NCBI GenBank assembly: GCA_002269645.1
Contig: NIVC01001304.1
Span: forward strand, 124,001 to 188,000
Reading direction: 5' to 3'
Source: Macrostomum lignano
Lineage: Eukaryota
Length of the DNA: 64,000 nucleotides
How positions within the stretch are numbered: position 1 is the stretch's first letter; each line of letters starts with the position of its first letter. The notes beneath the pieces were generated by a model that had not been told where the DNA came from, searched no databases, and worked only from the letters and a program-made list of their open reading frames with translations. The translations under genes and the position numbers were made by a program. Below are positions 16,061-34,879 of this stretch, one piece after another.

Positions 16061-17412
16061 TGCTGCGCGTTCTGAGGAGCTGCGGACAGGAACCACGGCG
16101 ACACAGACCCACAGTCAGAACTACATCTAAATGCAACCCCACTAAGGTGCACAGACTCTCGAAAATAAGTTTGCTTAAAATCGCTGGAGATCTTCTCTCG
16201 AAAGGATTGCCCGAGGGAGATTCGGGAGCGCGAGACTTTTCCGCGGGGATTTTCTCCTGCACATTTTCCCCACGAGGCCCGCAGGGGATTTCCAGCTGAG
16301 GTGTCCTGCAGGTTTTTCCCATGCGAGCGTCCATGCGAGCCTACCGCAGAACTACATGTACAGAGTTACATAGCAATAGCGGAACCTGCTCACTTGCCGG
16401 ATGTATCCGATTTAAATTCACGCGCACCTGAGTTTGAGTCCTGCAAGTGTCAACCAGCGGTCCGGACGGGAGCTGCTCTGCCGCAAAATTCCAGAGGTTG
16501 GGCGCGCCGGGTTTTGTGCAGAAATTTATGAATCGGGGGGGGGGCTGCTGCTTGTCTCAGGCACAATGCCAGACAGGGCCGTAAAAAATGAGAATCTGAG
16601 CCCGGGTTTTTTCAGAGTGCACTCACTCCGAGTCCGCCTTGTCTTGCACCTCTCATATTCATAGTTCCCTGCTCTCATCGGCCTCATCATTCTGGCACTC
16701 CCTGCCTCCCTGCATTGTGCTGGCCAGTTTGCTGCGTGAGCGCCTCTCAATGCTGCTCAGCCCTGTCCACCGCGCTGTTTAAACAGCCCCAACAAGCACG
16801 CATTTTGGCTCCTAAGTGTAGCAAACTGGTTACTGCCGCCAAGTGTCTGGGACATGGAGCTCTTGACCTGAACTCTGGAAAGGTAAGAGCTGACCAGGCC
16901 ATGGAGGTCTCGATCTTGGATCCAGAGAGAAACCGAAGCCAGGGAGGTTGGCTACGAGTACCCGCAACCTAGAGCGAACCGCTGCTGTCAACAGTTTGCA
17001 AAACCATGGACTTTTAATTTCAAAACCGAGGAGACTTGCTTGGTCTGCAGCTCTTTCTTACCCCATTTCAAGTTGCACTCGAGTGAGAGAGAAAGAAAGT
17101 TTAAACTTTGTGTCAGAAAAATTACAGCAGTTAAGCAGGCTTTTGGCCTCACAAGTTTTTAGGTTTTTTATGACCCTTTAATGTTTGCCGCTGTCATTCC
17201 CATTTAGCTAGCTCGTATTTTATGGCATTGAAAATGCCACAGCAATGGTCTGTGTAAAATTGGTCCAGACTGAGATTAGTGTGCATTTCACAAGTTTGAT
17301 AGTTTATAATCCTTCTTGAAAGCAGGTACAATATAGATTTTGAATTCTTGTAGAAGAACAAGTAAAGCGAAATTGTTTTAGAAGCGAAATTGTGGTAACC
17401 AAGTTGAGTATG

Positions 17413-18170
17413 GCTGCTGAGGAGTGGGGTGGCTGCTGAGGAGTGGGGTGGCTGCTGAGGAGTGGGGTTGCTGCTGAGGAGTGCGGGAGACTGCTGAGGA
17501 GTGGGGAGGCTACTGAGGAGTGAGGTGGCTACTGAGGAGTGGGGAGGCTACTGAGGAGTGAGGTGGCTGCTGAGGAGTGGGGAGGCTACTGAGGAGTGGG
17601 GTGGCTACTGAGGAGTGGGGAGGCTGCTGAGGAGTGGGGTGGCTGCTGAGGAGTGGGGTGGCTGCTGAGGAGTGGGGAGGCTACTGAGGAGTGAGGTGGC
17701 TACTGAGGAGTGGGGAGGCTACTGAGGAGTGGGGAGGCTACTGAGGAGTGAGGTGGCTACTGTGGAGTGGGGAGGCTGCTGAGGAGTGGGGAGGCTGCTG
17801 AGGAGTGGGGAGACTGCTGAGGAGTGGGGTGGCTACTGAGGAGTGGGGAGGCTACTGAGGAGTGAGGTGGCTGCTGAGGAGTGGGGAGGCTGCTGAGGAG
17901 TGGGGAGGCTACTGAGGAGTGGGGAGGCTACTGAGGAGTGAGGTGGCTACTGAGGAGTGGGGAGGCTACTGAGGAGTGGGGAGGCTACTGAGGAGTGGGG
18001 TGGCTGCTGAGGAGTGGGGTGGCTGCTGGGGAGTGGGGTGGCTGCTGGGGAGTGGGGTGGCTGCTGGGGAGTGGGGTGGCTGCTGAGGAGTGGGGTGGCT
18101 GCTGGGGAGTGGGGTGGCTGCTGGGGAGTGGGGTGGCTGCTGAGGAGTGGGGTGGCTGCTGGGGAGTGGA
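17413..18170. repeat. G-rich 19-bp minisatellite (~40 copies)
   Basis: Unit gct(g/a)ctgaggagtgggg(t/a)g. Confidence 0.95.
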
Positions 18171-18579
18171 GAGGCTGCTGAGGCTCGAAGAATTGCGGAG
18201 TAAAAAAAACAAGTGCTACATGTACATTACAAACAGATCAGAAACCGACGTTAAAAAGCGAAACTACAATAATTCCAATTTCAACAATATTCATTATTAG
18301 TATCGTATTCTCACTGAAGTATTGAATAGTCCCTGGTTTACATACAAATTCTCTGGTATAAATCATGCATGTTGAACTGCATGAGCGTGTGCTCGGCGTA
18401 CACACGTACGAGTTCGTACGCTCGTAGAACGCGGAGCTGAGGAAACTGTCTATGGTCAGAACCCCGTCACAGATCTGCCATCTCTTTAGATTTCACCGCC
18501 AACAGTCACAGAGCAGCAGCAGACAAGTCTCAACCTCATCGATTGCATCAAGCCGCACAGGACGGATTCTGGTTAAAGA

Positions 18580-18924
18580 ATGCACGACTTTCTCCTGATG
18601 GCAGCGTTCGTGTCAGCCACTGCAATGGCAGTCGTAGCCCTGGGGACGACCGCCGCGGCATTAGCCGTGCTCATTCTGGGCCGCGACCCCGGCAGGCTCA
18701 AGAAGGCCGTCCTGCAGCCCAAGCAGGCCGCCGTCTGCGGCAGCCCGGCGGCCGCGGAGCTCGGCAGCGTCACCCGCGAGTCGTCTTCGATCGTGCCGAT
18801 GGAGCGGCTGGACCAGCCGGAGAGTTTTGTGAGCCTCCAGCTTCATCAGCTGAGCTGCTCAGCCTCCGGGGACTGCAGCAGCTGTGCAGATGAGCAGCAG
18901 GTGAAGGACTTGGCCAGCCATTAA
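18580..18924 (+). CDS. Small single-pass membrane protein, 114 aa (hypothetical)
   Basis: GC3-rich ORF in an otherwise AT-rich context; N-terminal hydrophobic stretch LLMAAFVSATAMAVVALGTTAAALAVLIL. No family recognised. Confidence 0.4.
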   Translation: MHDFLLMAAFVSATAMAVVALGTTAAALAVLILGRDPGRLKKAVLQPKQAAVCGSPAAAELGSVTRESSSIVPMERLDQPESFVSLQLHQLSCSASGDCSSCADEQQVKDLASH

Positions 18925-19802
18925 TTCAATAATAGCTCGGCAATTCTCCAGCGCTAATTTATGACGAGTTGCGGCGAAAGTTTTCAGCCGATGAAATTCG
19001 ATTTTCATTCGTTCCTCCGCGTCTGCGGAGCTCAGAGTTGTCAAATTTTCTTTCTGCAGAGCAGGAGAGTTCGACACGTTTTCATTTCAGCCAGACAGTC
19101 AGCAGCAGTTCTTTGTCGACCAGCGGAGCTCTCATTCTTTTGTTTTTTTAAGATAACTTGCTTTTTCTCTCAGCTTTTAGAAGCACAGCTTTGTACAAAT
19201 GCGGCTCTGCAAGTGCAGCATAGGTTAATAAGAAATACATGAGAACTCCAGAACTCCGCCAGTCTGGGACCGGGTCGGAGATTTCGGCTTCCATTTTTGT
19301 CAGGCAGCTGCCCTAGAGCGACAATGTACTTTTGTCTAGATCTGCACTTTTGTGGCGTTCTTCGTTTCTCATAGTATAGAACACGCGGAGCAGCTTAAAC
19401 GTACATTTAGTAATAAACGTCAGGTGCTCAGGTCAAAACAGCAATTGCTATTAAGTCTTCCAATTGCGATGCAAGTACTGACTCGCAAGTTTATTTCAAA
19501 CTGAGTTAAACAGCTAATAGGATTGCTGGGCATTTTAAATCATTCCAACAATAAAGAGTTATAAATTGTAAAAATTTAATTATGAACTAGCTAGTCATCA
19601 GTCGTTAGAAAAAAATGCTAAATACTATAAGAATCTGTAATAAAAGATTAACGCGACCGTAAATAACCGACCAGCAATGATCACTCATGGATAGAGCTAT
19701 CGGGTTGTTTTTCTATTAAAAATTGAAAATTCGATGAACTTCTCATTTTTATATATATGATTTTTCTGTGCGATTCTAAGGATATCATTAATGCTACATT
19801 AA

Positions 19803-20155
19803 CTGCTCAACTCAACTCTGTTCAGCTCAGCTCAACTCAGCTCAGCTCAACTCAACTCAACTCAACTCAACTCAGCTCAACTCAGCTCAACTCAGCTCAA
19901 CTCAGCTCAACTCAACTCAACTCAACTCAACTCAGCTCAGCTCAACTCAACTCAGCTCAGCTCAACTCAGCTCAGCTCAACTCAGCTCAACTCAACTCAA
20001 CTCAGCTCAGCTCAACTCAGCTCAACTCAACTCAACTCAACTCAACTCAACTCAGCTCAACTCAACTCAACTCAACTCAACTCAACTCAACTCAGCTCAG
20101 CTCAACTCAGCTCAGCTCAACTCAGCTCAACTCAGTTCAACTCAACTCAGTTCAG
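19803..20155. repeat. (AACTC/AGCTC)n pentanucleotide repeat overlapping the KHK stop region
   Basis: Direct reading. Confidence 0.95.
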
Positions 20156-22167
20156 CTGCCCGGCCAGCCCAGTCGGCCACCCGGCTAAAGCCGTCCGCCC
20201 TCGCGCACTTCGCCCCGGCCACCGCGGCCGCCAGCCTCAACGCCTCGGCCAGTGACCGGCCAGCGCGCAGGCCGTGCAGGCAGGCAGCTACGAAGCTGTC
20301 GCCGGCGCCCAGAGTGTCCACGACTGGACCGTCGGGCGCCGCGGCCGGCACAGATATGATGTCGCTGCCGTGGCCGCCTCCGCTTCTGACAGCCCCGGCG
20401 CAGCCCAGCTCGCCCCAGGCGCAGATGACGGTGGCGCTGAATGGAGCGGAAATTCCCGGGGGGTAATGGGGGTCAATGGGGTTCAATCAAGCCCTATTCC
20501 TAGAAATTCGATAGATACTCGTTTCTTAGAAACTGTCGCTCTATCGTAAAACTCGGCTTCCTAGAAAATGGGACTGTGGAATTTTGTTTTCCTAGAAAAT
20601 AATATAAATTTATCGGGTTACCTTTCCTAGAAACTGGAATTTGATCTATTTATTAAGAATGCTATAGTTCAAGCAACTTCCATATCTTAGAAAATAAATT
20701 TAATCGAATTTACTTTTAATAAATTTCTATTTAGATCAAATCTTTTTTCCATAAAACTGCAGAGAGCGGCATAAATGTACAATAACTGCGGCTGGGAAAT
20801 TGAAATCTTGCACTCCCCAAGCCTACATGTAAATTCCTACTCACCCAACGTCCACTCGCTCCAGAAACATTCGAACCGCGGCCACCTTGTCAGCTGCTCC
20901 GTGAAAGCTGGCGAACTCTTTGGACAGGAAGATGACATCGCAATTCCCGAGCAGAGAGGCTTCGGGGGATGGGAAAAATAAGTTTTTAGATGGAGGAAAT
21001 GCAAATGAGCATCACCTCGTGAGGGAATCCGTGCATGCCGTCAGGGTTAACTTCACTATCATAAAGCTGACACCTGTGTCCTGAAGTGGACACCCTATTC
21101 TCAAGTGGACACCAGGTCCTGAAGTGGACACCCTATCTTCAAGTGGACACCCTATCCTCAAGTGGACACCCTATCCTGAAGTGGACACCCTATCCTGAAG
21201 TGGACACCCTATCCTCAAGTGGACACCCGGTCTTGAAGTGGGTGCGACCTTACAAAGCTGAGCAGACAGACTCACTCAGTTCGGGGCGGCACTTCTCCAG
21301 CTCAACGGAGGTTCGAATCCGCATAGCAACGGAAGCACTGCTCGTGAAGGCTGCGCGCTGGTTCAACGCTCGGATGTGGCTCAGCATGGCGGCAATTTCA
21401 GAAACGTTTCGACGACCCTGCATGGAATTTTTGCGTGCACTCGTATGTCTGGCCAGCGAGTTCAAAGTTCAGTTCGGCCTCACCTCGAAGTGAATCCAGC
21501 CGACATCCGCAGACGCAAAGTCCCGGTCTCGAAGCTGGTCGAAGGAGAACTCGGGAAGATCTCTATGAAGGGAGAATTTCAACAATAATTTCAGAGACCT
21601 GTAAAAGCGTTCTGAGCACTTGATGCGGAACAACATCGTGCACTGCTCACCCCCTGTCATGCAGAATCGTCCTGGAGCCAATTTCAGTGTTGACAATCAC
21701 CATGGAGACGGGGCAGGCGTCACCTTGGACTGACTGGCTCAGTGACGTGTCAATGGAGTGCTTGGCAAATATGGAACGGATAAAACTGGCTTGGTTGAAG
21801 TGAATGCTTTCTGATTAGATAGATTATTAATACTACTAATATTAGTAATTATCGATTGGCGTCTGTGAATGGCAAACTCACTTTCCATTGAATGAATTCT
21901 CCGAGGGCATGGTGCCTGCAAAGTACACAGGCTTTGACTCCAGTGCTGCCAGCACAATGGCATTGTGGGCTGCATTGCCTCCAAGCTGCCAGCTTATATT
22001 GGCTCTAAAATTTTATTCATTCATTGCTTAGTTAAGTATTTAAGCGTTTATAAAATTTTAATTTCCAACCTGCTATCAGTGTCTTCCATAGGGAACTGGT
22101 CAACTTTGCTGACCAAGTCAAGGCAGCAAAGCCCCACACAGATAATTGATCCAGATGTGTGTAACAT
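20142..22167 (-). CDS. KHK: Ketohexokinase (PfkB/ribokinase family), multi-exon
   Basis: Exons read on the minus strand: MLHTSGSIICVGLCCLDLVSKVDQFPMEDTDS; QLGGNAAHNAIVLAAL; SMVIVNTEIGSRTILH; DLPEFS...WIHFE|GRRNVSE...SVELEK; DVIFLSKEFA; ATVICAWGELG...VVDTLGAGDSF...AGAKC. Confidence 0.88.
21075..21242. repeat. ~19-20-bp minisatellite in a KHK intron
   Basis: Unit t(g/c)aagtggacaccctatcc, ~8 copies. Confidence 0.9.
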
Positions 22168-24471
22168 GTTAGCCTGAAAATGTATACAATGTTTGTGCTA
22201 GAAAAAATGCCAAATGGTTTTATTTAATGTTAGAGATAAAGTGTAAAGTGTAAATGTTTAGATACAAATATTTGCTGGTGTATGAATTTCTGCTCTATAC
22301 TAGCAGCATATTTTGAAAGCAAAAAATGTAATGAATTTTTTTCTGTATTGTCTCTGTGTATTTTCTTTATATTTTCTTACTCATTTCTATTTTTTAATTA
22401 TCAATCCAAGTCAAATATTAATTGTTTTGATTGCAAAAGTTTTGACTGTATTTTCTATGCTGTAACAGGAGAGGGTTTTATAAATAAAAAAACTACCGAA
22501 ATGAGCATCATGTCGTATAAAAATTGAAGTTAATGCACCTACTGTACAGGATATAAATAGCCATAAATATTTCTTTTTTATCAAGTCTTAGTGAAACCGT
22601 ACATAGTATAATGCCCTGATGTCAATCATGTTACAACTGAATTTGTTGTTACACGTGCTATATGGAAATAACGCGTCACTGTAACAATTTTTACAATAGC
22701 ATTCAGCAGAATAAATGAACCTTAGCTGTACGTTATGAACGTGAGCTCCACTGGCCACGTGTTCTGTTTCTTAGAAGGGGGATATTTTAATTTTAACGGC
22801 CACAACAAGAAAGTCTCATGGAAACATGCTGCTTTACGGTCTAACAATGAGTTTGAAGTTCGAGTCTAGTCTAGTCGTCGATTTGCATCGAATAAAACTC
22901 AGAGACACTCGCAACCTAAAAAAAGAAAAAATACTATTGTCATCAAGTTTGCATTATCTTTACACTTGCAAGAAGCTCTGGAAAGATATCCCATGTAGTG
23001 ACTGTATCCTATGTACGGTTTGACGTAGTGAAACCGTAAAATCAATGCAATTTTTTGAAGCACAAAATGATCAATAACAGTCTAAAATTTAGTAATTGAA
23101 GGCGGTAAACATGTTTGCCGATTTGCTTAATTTTTCGCACATACATATTAAAAGGATCATTAAATTAAATTAATATCATCAATTTACAATGGTGCATGGT
23201 GGCACATTCCATGCTAATAAATAGATCAGAAAACATTTTCAGAAAGATTTTTAAGCTTTCCCGTGGCTATCATGAGTTTTCACGACGCTATGGTGATCAC
23301 GATGTATTTTCTTTTAGTACCATGTAATTCTGTAAGAAACACCGAAACTTAATAAAGTAAACAAATCTAACTGGTTTATTTTCGCTCTGATTTATAAAAA
23401 GTGTTTTTGCTTTTTTTGTGAGATATTAAGCCGGTTAAATACATAAATTTATAAAATTTTGACATTTTTACAGAATTATTTTTGCGTAGCTCTTAAATTT
23501 TGACAGTTTATTTAATGAATATTTTTACCATGAATTATGCGCCATAGTGCATTATTATCAGTTCTTTTATCTCTCTATATATTACACTTAAATAACGCAT
23601 ATAGCGGTTCTACGGTGATTGAAATGACCATATATTATTTCAGATTTTTTTTACTAGGCGATTAGTTTTTTAAGATTTATTCTATTGTTCTCTCTACCCG
23701 AAATGACTCGAAATACAATTTTGTTTTCTCTTTCTCTTGTTCTTTTCTCGTGTTTTCGCATGAATAAATAAAACAAACAGTTCTTTACATCAAATTTATT
23801 GCTAGTTACTAGAATTTTTTAACATTGCAATATTAATGGCAAATATCAGTAAAGATTTGTCAATTGCAGTACTAATCAGCACTACCTAGCAAATAAAGAC
23901 ATAAGAAAATAAACCCTAGCGTTGGGTTCAATCTTACTGGAAATGAAAGTCAAACAAAACAAATTTGGCAAAAGTGTAATGCATATTTCTTATGTATTAT
24001 ATTTTATACACTTATGAAATGTTAAAAAAGTGATTAAATAATGCTAATTCTAAATTATATTCCAACCGTCTAAGTGATACTTTCAAAGTAAAGCTATGAG
24101 CTATGCGTCATGTCAGAAGTAACTAATAACTATAACTCATAACTAATAACTAATTTTTGTCATCAATGGTTTATTAAAAATATTAAAATTATGGTACCTC
24201 AAAAGGATTCTATGCATATATAGGTCAATATTCAAAATGCTACCAAGAAATCTTTCTATAGAAATTATGATTGCCTACTGACCAAAATAAAATAATAGTG
24301 TCGATATTACTATACTTAGTGAATGATTACAATAAAATACACTTATTCTAAATGGTTACTGTTCAGTTAGTCTTAGAAAAGATATACTTTATTTTACACT
24401 TTTGCCTTATTGAATTTCCAATTTCTAAATTACTTGTATTTGAAATAAATTCATGTGTCGGCATGACCTAG

Positions 24472-29674
<5,203 letters not shown>

Positions 29675-29706
29675 GGGGCTGAAGGGTGGAGATATAGTTG
29701 AGGCTG

Positions 29707-29762
29707 TAGTTAGGGTTAGGGTTAGGGTTAGGGTTAGGGTTAGGGTTAGGGTTGAGGTTAGG
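29707..29762 (+). repeat. Interstitial (TTAGGG)n, ~7 perfect copies
   Basis: gttagggttagggtt... read directly. Confidence 0.92.
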
Positions 29763-30409
29763 ACTAAGGCAAAAACAAAGCCATCCAGCTATTTGTTTTA
29801 TAGTTCTAGCTTCGATGTTAATAAGTTCTGGGATTTTAGTGGTGATTATAATTGTTTAAGCTGAAGTGACGTCACCAAATTAGGTGGCATCAGAGTTGAA
29901 CTGAATGACAAATGGCGCTGTTTTAAAACTGCGCAAATCTAACAGAGTGAACTTCAGTGAAACCTCCGCACTGTAGCATTTTGACATGTCCGAGTCAGAG
30001 GCCCAACTCGCAACCTCCCCGCAGACCCCTGGCCGCCGTCCTTAAAGTGGAAGTGACGCGCGGCTGCGGCTCTCTCCAGCGGCCAAAAAATTCATTATTT
30101 CGCCAGTCTCGAGTGCATCGAACTGTTCATCCAGGGACAATTATTTTAGCACTAGCACTTATTTCGCTAGCACTTTATGCAGGTATTCGCTAATTATCGA
30201 TTTGCTTGTCATATTCTGAACTGCTGCGATTTTCTCTCAAAAAGTTTACATAGAAGTTTCCACTCTGGTTATTGTTTGCAACTCTTTGGTGTTTATGCGC
30301 CTGTCAGATTTATGAGTTAATATTCTTCTGCGTTACATTTATTACTGTTATTTTTGTCCGTAACTGGTTGGCTTGCGGATGACTCAAGGTCATGGGATTA
30401 GTCATTTAG

Positions 30410-30590
30410 ACGATCAAAGTCAAGGATTAGTCAATGCAAATCAAGGTCAAGGATAAATCAAGGTCAAGGAGTAGTCAAGGATAAATCAAGGTCAAGGAGT
30501 GGTCAAGGATAAATCAAGGTCAAGGAGTGGTCAAGGATAAATCAAGGTCAAGGAGTAGTCAAGGATAAATCAAGGTCAAGGAGTAGTCAA
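30410..30590. repeat. 28-bp tandem repeat
   Basis: Unit tcaaggtcaaggagt(a/g)gtcaaggataaa. Confidence 0.85.
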
Positions 30591-31114
30591 TGACGAATCA
30601 CGTAGCCGCTCGGCAAGGACTTGCAATTAGTTTCAACAATTGTCTTGGAGCAGAATAGATGTGCCTCTTGTCTCGCTATTAATTGCGATTTGTTTGATTA
30701 TCTTGCTAATTATTTTTCTCTCGCTGGGCTTTTTGAGTCACAGTTCCTTGATGCAAGTGTTAACCATGCTCTGAATTGACTGCTTTTTATTTATTTAAAC
30801 TCTGCTTCTGAGAATCAATACGCCCTGTAAAAATAGAGAAATCGAGTGGGCATGTCCTGCCGTGATTATTATTTCACGCGTCGTGAATTGGCTTCGAGTA
30901 AAAGAGCGAGTTCCGTTTTTTATTTCCAACGAGATCAACTCAATTTTTTTGCCAGAATTTTTATCAGCAGAGATGTAGTTTTTGCATTCAACTTTCAAAT
31001 TTGCTAGCTCTTGAGATATTGAAAGTTCCAAGCTATACTGGAACAACAAAGGTCAAATGAAGATCAAATGTTGCAACTGAAAGGCCGCCGCCAGTTCCGG
31101 TGTCTCCGGGCTGT

Positions 31115-32293
31115 TCAGACCTGTAGCCGGCCAGTCAGGAAGGCGGTCTGCAGCAGCCGATTGCCCACCAGCAGGAACTCCAGCCAGGAGTCGCCGACTG
31201 GCACCCGGCGCACGAACGGGTAGCGGTGCTTCAGCTGGCTGCAGCTCTGCCAGCGGCTCCCTTGCGACTTGCAGCGGCTCAACGAGTCCAGATTTGAGTA
31301 GCAGTGATAGTAGCACCTGTCCATCACGTCGCCGTAGTACATCCTCAGGTAGCCTGGCGTATTTCCCGGTGCCGCGAACCAGAGGCCTTCGAATAGGCGA
31401 CGGGACAGGGGGAAGTACAGGCTCTTCGGCGCCAGCGTCCACCTGTCCGTCAGGTTGAACTGGCCGGACTGCAGCAGCGGCTCGTGGTAAAAGAAAATGT
31501 CCAGGCACAGCAGGAAGTCCGGCACCTCGGCCTTCTGCAGGCGCAGATCAAGGATGTAGAACTTCCAGTGGGTGCTGGTGGCTTCGGGCCAGAAGTCGAA
31601 CGTCTTCGGGTTGCGCTTGGCGAGCCTGGAGAAGATGCGGTGGGCAGCCGCAAAGTCGGAGCTGCTGATGCGAAAGTCGAAGTCGTCGTCCCAGGGCACG
31701 AAGCCGTGGTGCCGGAAGGAGCCGATAAGCGAGCCGCCGTCCAGGATGAGCGGCACCTTCGCTTTGTCGAAGGCTCGCTTCACTAGCGACAGCCTCTCGA
31801 CGATGGCGGCCTTCTCGGTTTCCAGGATGGCGCGCCGGAAGCAGTGGGAGGTGTTCCAGCTGGCCAGTGGCTGCGACATCAGCCGGAGGCGGTCGGACTC
31901 GGCTGAGACGAATTTCACCCGAGTGCCGAGCAGGATGCTGGCGCAGTCCTCGGTGAGTTCGAAGGCGCTGCCGTAGCTGATGCCGGACCTGTTCAGCCGG
32001 ATCAGCTCCTCCAGGGCGCGGTTGCAGTCGGCCGAGGGCGTCTGGCGCACCGCCATGGCGCCCAGCGCGGCCTCCGCCTCGAGGTCCGACTTGGCGACCG
32101 GCTGCTCCCGCACCGACTGCAGCTTCAGCCGGATTGTCTTCGCCAGCTGCGGGCAGCTGCGGGCGCCGAGCTGCTTGGAGCCGCTAATTTTGTCGGGCGG
32201 GCTCAGCAGGCCGTCCGAGTAGAAAATTGCCAGGCTGGCGACGAGCAGAGCGCAGCAGCCGATGGCCAGAAAGAGCACTGACCGCAGCGACAT
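31115..32293 (-). CDS. LicD/fukutin-family nucleotidyltransferase-fold protein, type II membrane, intronless
   Basis: Signal anchor MSLRSVLFLAIGCCALLVASLAIF; LILDGGSLIGSFRHHGFVPWDDDFD; LDIF; FPLSRRLFEGLWFAAP. Confidence 0.88.
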   Translation of the reverse strand: MSLRSVLFLAIGCCALLVASLAIFYSDGLLSPPDKISGSKQLGARSCPQLAKTIRLKLQSVREQPVAKSDLEAEAALGAMAVRQTPSADCNRALEELIRLNRSGISYGSAFELTEDCASILLGTRVKFVSAESDRLRLMSQPLASWNTSHCFRRAILETEKAAIVERLSLVKRAFDKAKVPLILDGGSLIGSFRHHGFVPWDDDFDFRISSSDFAAAHRIFSRLAKRNPKTFDFWPEATSTHWKFYILDLRLQKAEVPDFLLCLDIFFYHEPLLQSGQFNLTDRWTLAPKSLYFPLSRRLFEGLWFAAPGNTPGYLRMYYGDVMDRCYYHCYSNLDSLSRCKSQGSRWQSCSQLKHRYPFVRRVPVGDSWLEFLLVGNRLLQTAFLTGRLQV

Positions 32294-33171
32294 GGCCGGT
32301 CTGGGATGTCTCAAGTCCGTTGGCTCAGGCGGAGCTGCTCTCCTTTCCTGCAATTGTGCCACTTTATACAAGTTGGTGAGCTCAGCTTGCGGACACCTGG
32401 GCCAGGGAGTACTGGAGACAGAACCTGGAGCGGCAACTGAAGGAGCTCTGGCTGAGCTGTTTCGCTGAAATTCTCCCCAATCGAATCCCGAGTAGCGCGC
32501 AGAGCATGAGAAAACTCAAACAACTTCAAAAACTTCAAAAATTGAATTGAGTTGCTACAAAAAGGCCAGCTTCTTCTAGTTCCTAGAATTTTCTGCTTTG
32601 AAACCGCGCAAAACCAGCCCTATGGGTGTTTGATAGTTCACAAGCTGACCGGTTTCAGAGATTTCTATCTGTCTGCTGAGTGCAGATCAATTGCAGGTCC
32701 CGCCGGGGTTCAGTTACCAGTCCAGATCTCTAGCTACTGGCGTCCCTTCCCGGGGCGCATTCTAGAATGGAGCGGCCGGATATCCGGTGCTGAATGAATG
32801 CAAAACAATACCTGATTTTGTGGCAGCTCTGACGCAGGCAATGCGGTATTGAACCCATTGTGCTGCCAGCCTACGCAACTGCGCCTACACCAACTCACCT
32901 GGCAGGCTGGAGCTGCACGCTTTGGTCCTGATATTTTAGCTTGTGGTGGGGGCGGGGCGGCATCAGAACAAGGCTGCAGCCGACCCGCAGCCAGGGTCGA
33001 CTCCTGAACCCTGAGCACACAAATGGATGTACTCAAACAGGGTGCACAATGGCCCTGACTTTTCCTTCATCAGAAATGTACACTCTCCGGGCTTTGGCCC
33101 CATGGAGTTTACTCAAACGGCAAACCGACAATCCTCGATTTGCGCGCAGTACATCTGGCCCCCGAATTGAT

Positions 33172-34290
33172 GTTTCAGACGAGAGTCAGACGAGAGTCAG
33201 ACGAGAGTCAGACGAGAGTCAGATGAGGCTTCAGATGAGAGTCAGACGAAAGTCAGATGAGGCTTCAGATGAGAGTCAGACGAAAGTCAGACGAGAGTCA
33301 GACGAGAGTCAGGCGAGATTTCGACGAGAGTCAGGCGGCAGTCAGACGGATTTAGGCGAGAGTCAGGCGAGGGTCAGGCGAGAGTCAGACGAGATTTAGG
33401 CGACAGTCAGGCGAGAGTCAGGTGAGAGTCAGGTGAGAGTCAGGCGACAGTCAGACGAGAGTCAGGTGAGAGTCAGGCGAGAATCAGGCGAGAGTCAGGC
33501 GAGAGTCAGACGAGTGTCAGGAGAGAGTGAGACGAGAGTCAGACGAGAGTCAGGCGAGAATCAGACGAGAGTCAGGCGACAGTCAGGCGAGAATCAGGCG
33601 AGAGTCAGGCGAGAGTCAGGCGAGAGTCAGGCGAAAGTCAGGCGAGAGTCAGGCGAGAGTCAGGCGAGAGTCAGGCGAAAATCAGGCGAGAGTCAGGCGA
33701 CAGTCAGGCGAGAGTCAGGCGAGAATCAGACGAGAGTCAGGCGACAGTCAGGCGAGAGTCAGGCGAGAGTCAGGCGAGAGTCAGGCGAGAATCAGGCGAG
33801 AGTCAGGCGAGAATCAGGCGAGAGTCAGGCGAGAATCAGGCGAGAGTCAGGCGACAGTCTGGCGAGAGTCAGACGACAGTCAGGCGAGAGTGAGACGACA
33901 GTCAGTCGAGAGTCAGGCGAGAATCAGGCGAGAGTCAGGCGACAGTCAGGCGAGAGTCAGGCGAGAATCAGGCGAGAGTCAGGCGAAAATCAGGCGAGAG
34001 TCAGGCGAGAATCAGACGACAGTCAGGCGAGAGTGAGACGACAGTCAGGCGAGAGTCAGGCGAGAGTCAGGCGAGAGTCAGGCGAGAGTCAGGCGAGAAT
34101 CAGGCGAGAGTCAGGCGAGAATCAGGCGAGAGTCAGGCGAGAATCAGGCGAGAGTCAGGCGACAGTCTGGCGAGAGTCAGACGACAGTCAGGCGAGAGTG
34201 AGACGACAGTCAGTCGAGAGTCAGGCGAGAATCAGGCGAGAGTCAGGCGACAGTCAGGCGAGAGTGAGACGAGAGCAAGACGAGGGTCAG
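33172..34290. repeat. 11-bp satellite (gagagtcaggc)n
   Basis: Direct reading; the RRESGESQARV ORFs derive from it. Confidence 0.95.
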
Positions 34291-34879
34291 ACAGTCGAGT
34301 TTTTCTGTCCCCGCTGTCCCCCTGCTGTACTCGATGAAGTCCCTGCCAGTAAGAGGACGGACAATGTCAGCGGTGTTCAGAAACGATAGTTCAGTGGTCC
34401 TTGTCTGCCTTGATCGCTGCGCTTTGCTACCAAGATTTGTGCTTCTTTAGACCCGATAATCCACATAGTTGGTTCAAAAGAGTAAGCTTGGCCTCTAAAA
34501 CACAGGTAAAGTAGGTTTCACTCTCAGCGAATAGAACTGAGCAAAATTTCATTTCTTTTCGTCTCAAATTTTCTGTTCATTCTCTCCTCTCCGTCTCTGC
34601 ACCTCTTCTGCGGTTCCCATTGTGCTGCAGCTGCGTTCTCAAGCCCTCGCTGTACGTTTCGTACACTGCTGTGCTGCCCTGCATTGCCCAGCCGCTCAAA
34701 ACTTCTCAGCATTGTTAGCACTAAAGCGCTCAATTCTAGCTTGAGAAAATTTATAATATGAAAAAGAACGAGATTATCAAGCAGCCTTCCAAACCAGCGC
34801 GAGCTCACAGATGGGCAGCAGCTCTGCCCCACAGACTGACCGTGACTTGAGTTTGTGAGTCCCAGCCGCGAGCTCAAAG

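Noticed and set aside
16300-17400. Unique-looking non-coding stretch possibly derived from an old transposon (also 12800-13100 and 27380-27990)
   Set aside because: No TIR, TSD or recognisable coding remnant that I could support.
17413-18170. G-quadruplex-forming regulatory element
   Set aside because: G-runs are present, but nothing distinguishes it from the many other local minisatellites.
32941-34389. RRESGESQARV-repeat ORFs resembling an RS-rich protein
   Set aside because: An 11-bp unit cycles through all frames; non-coding satellite.
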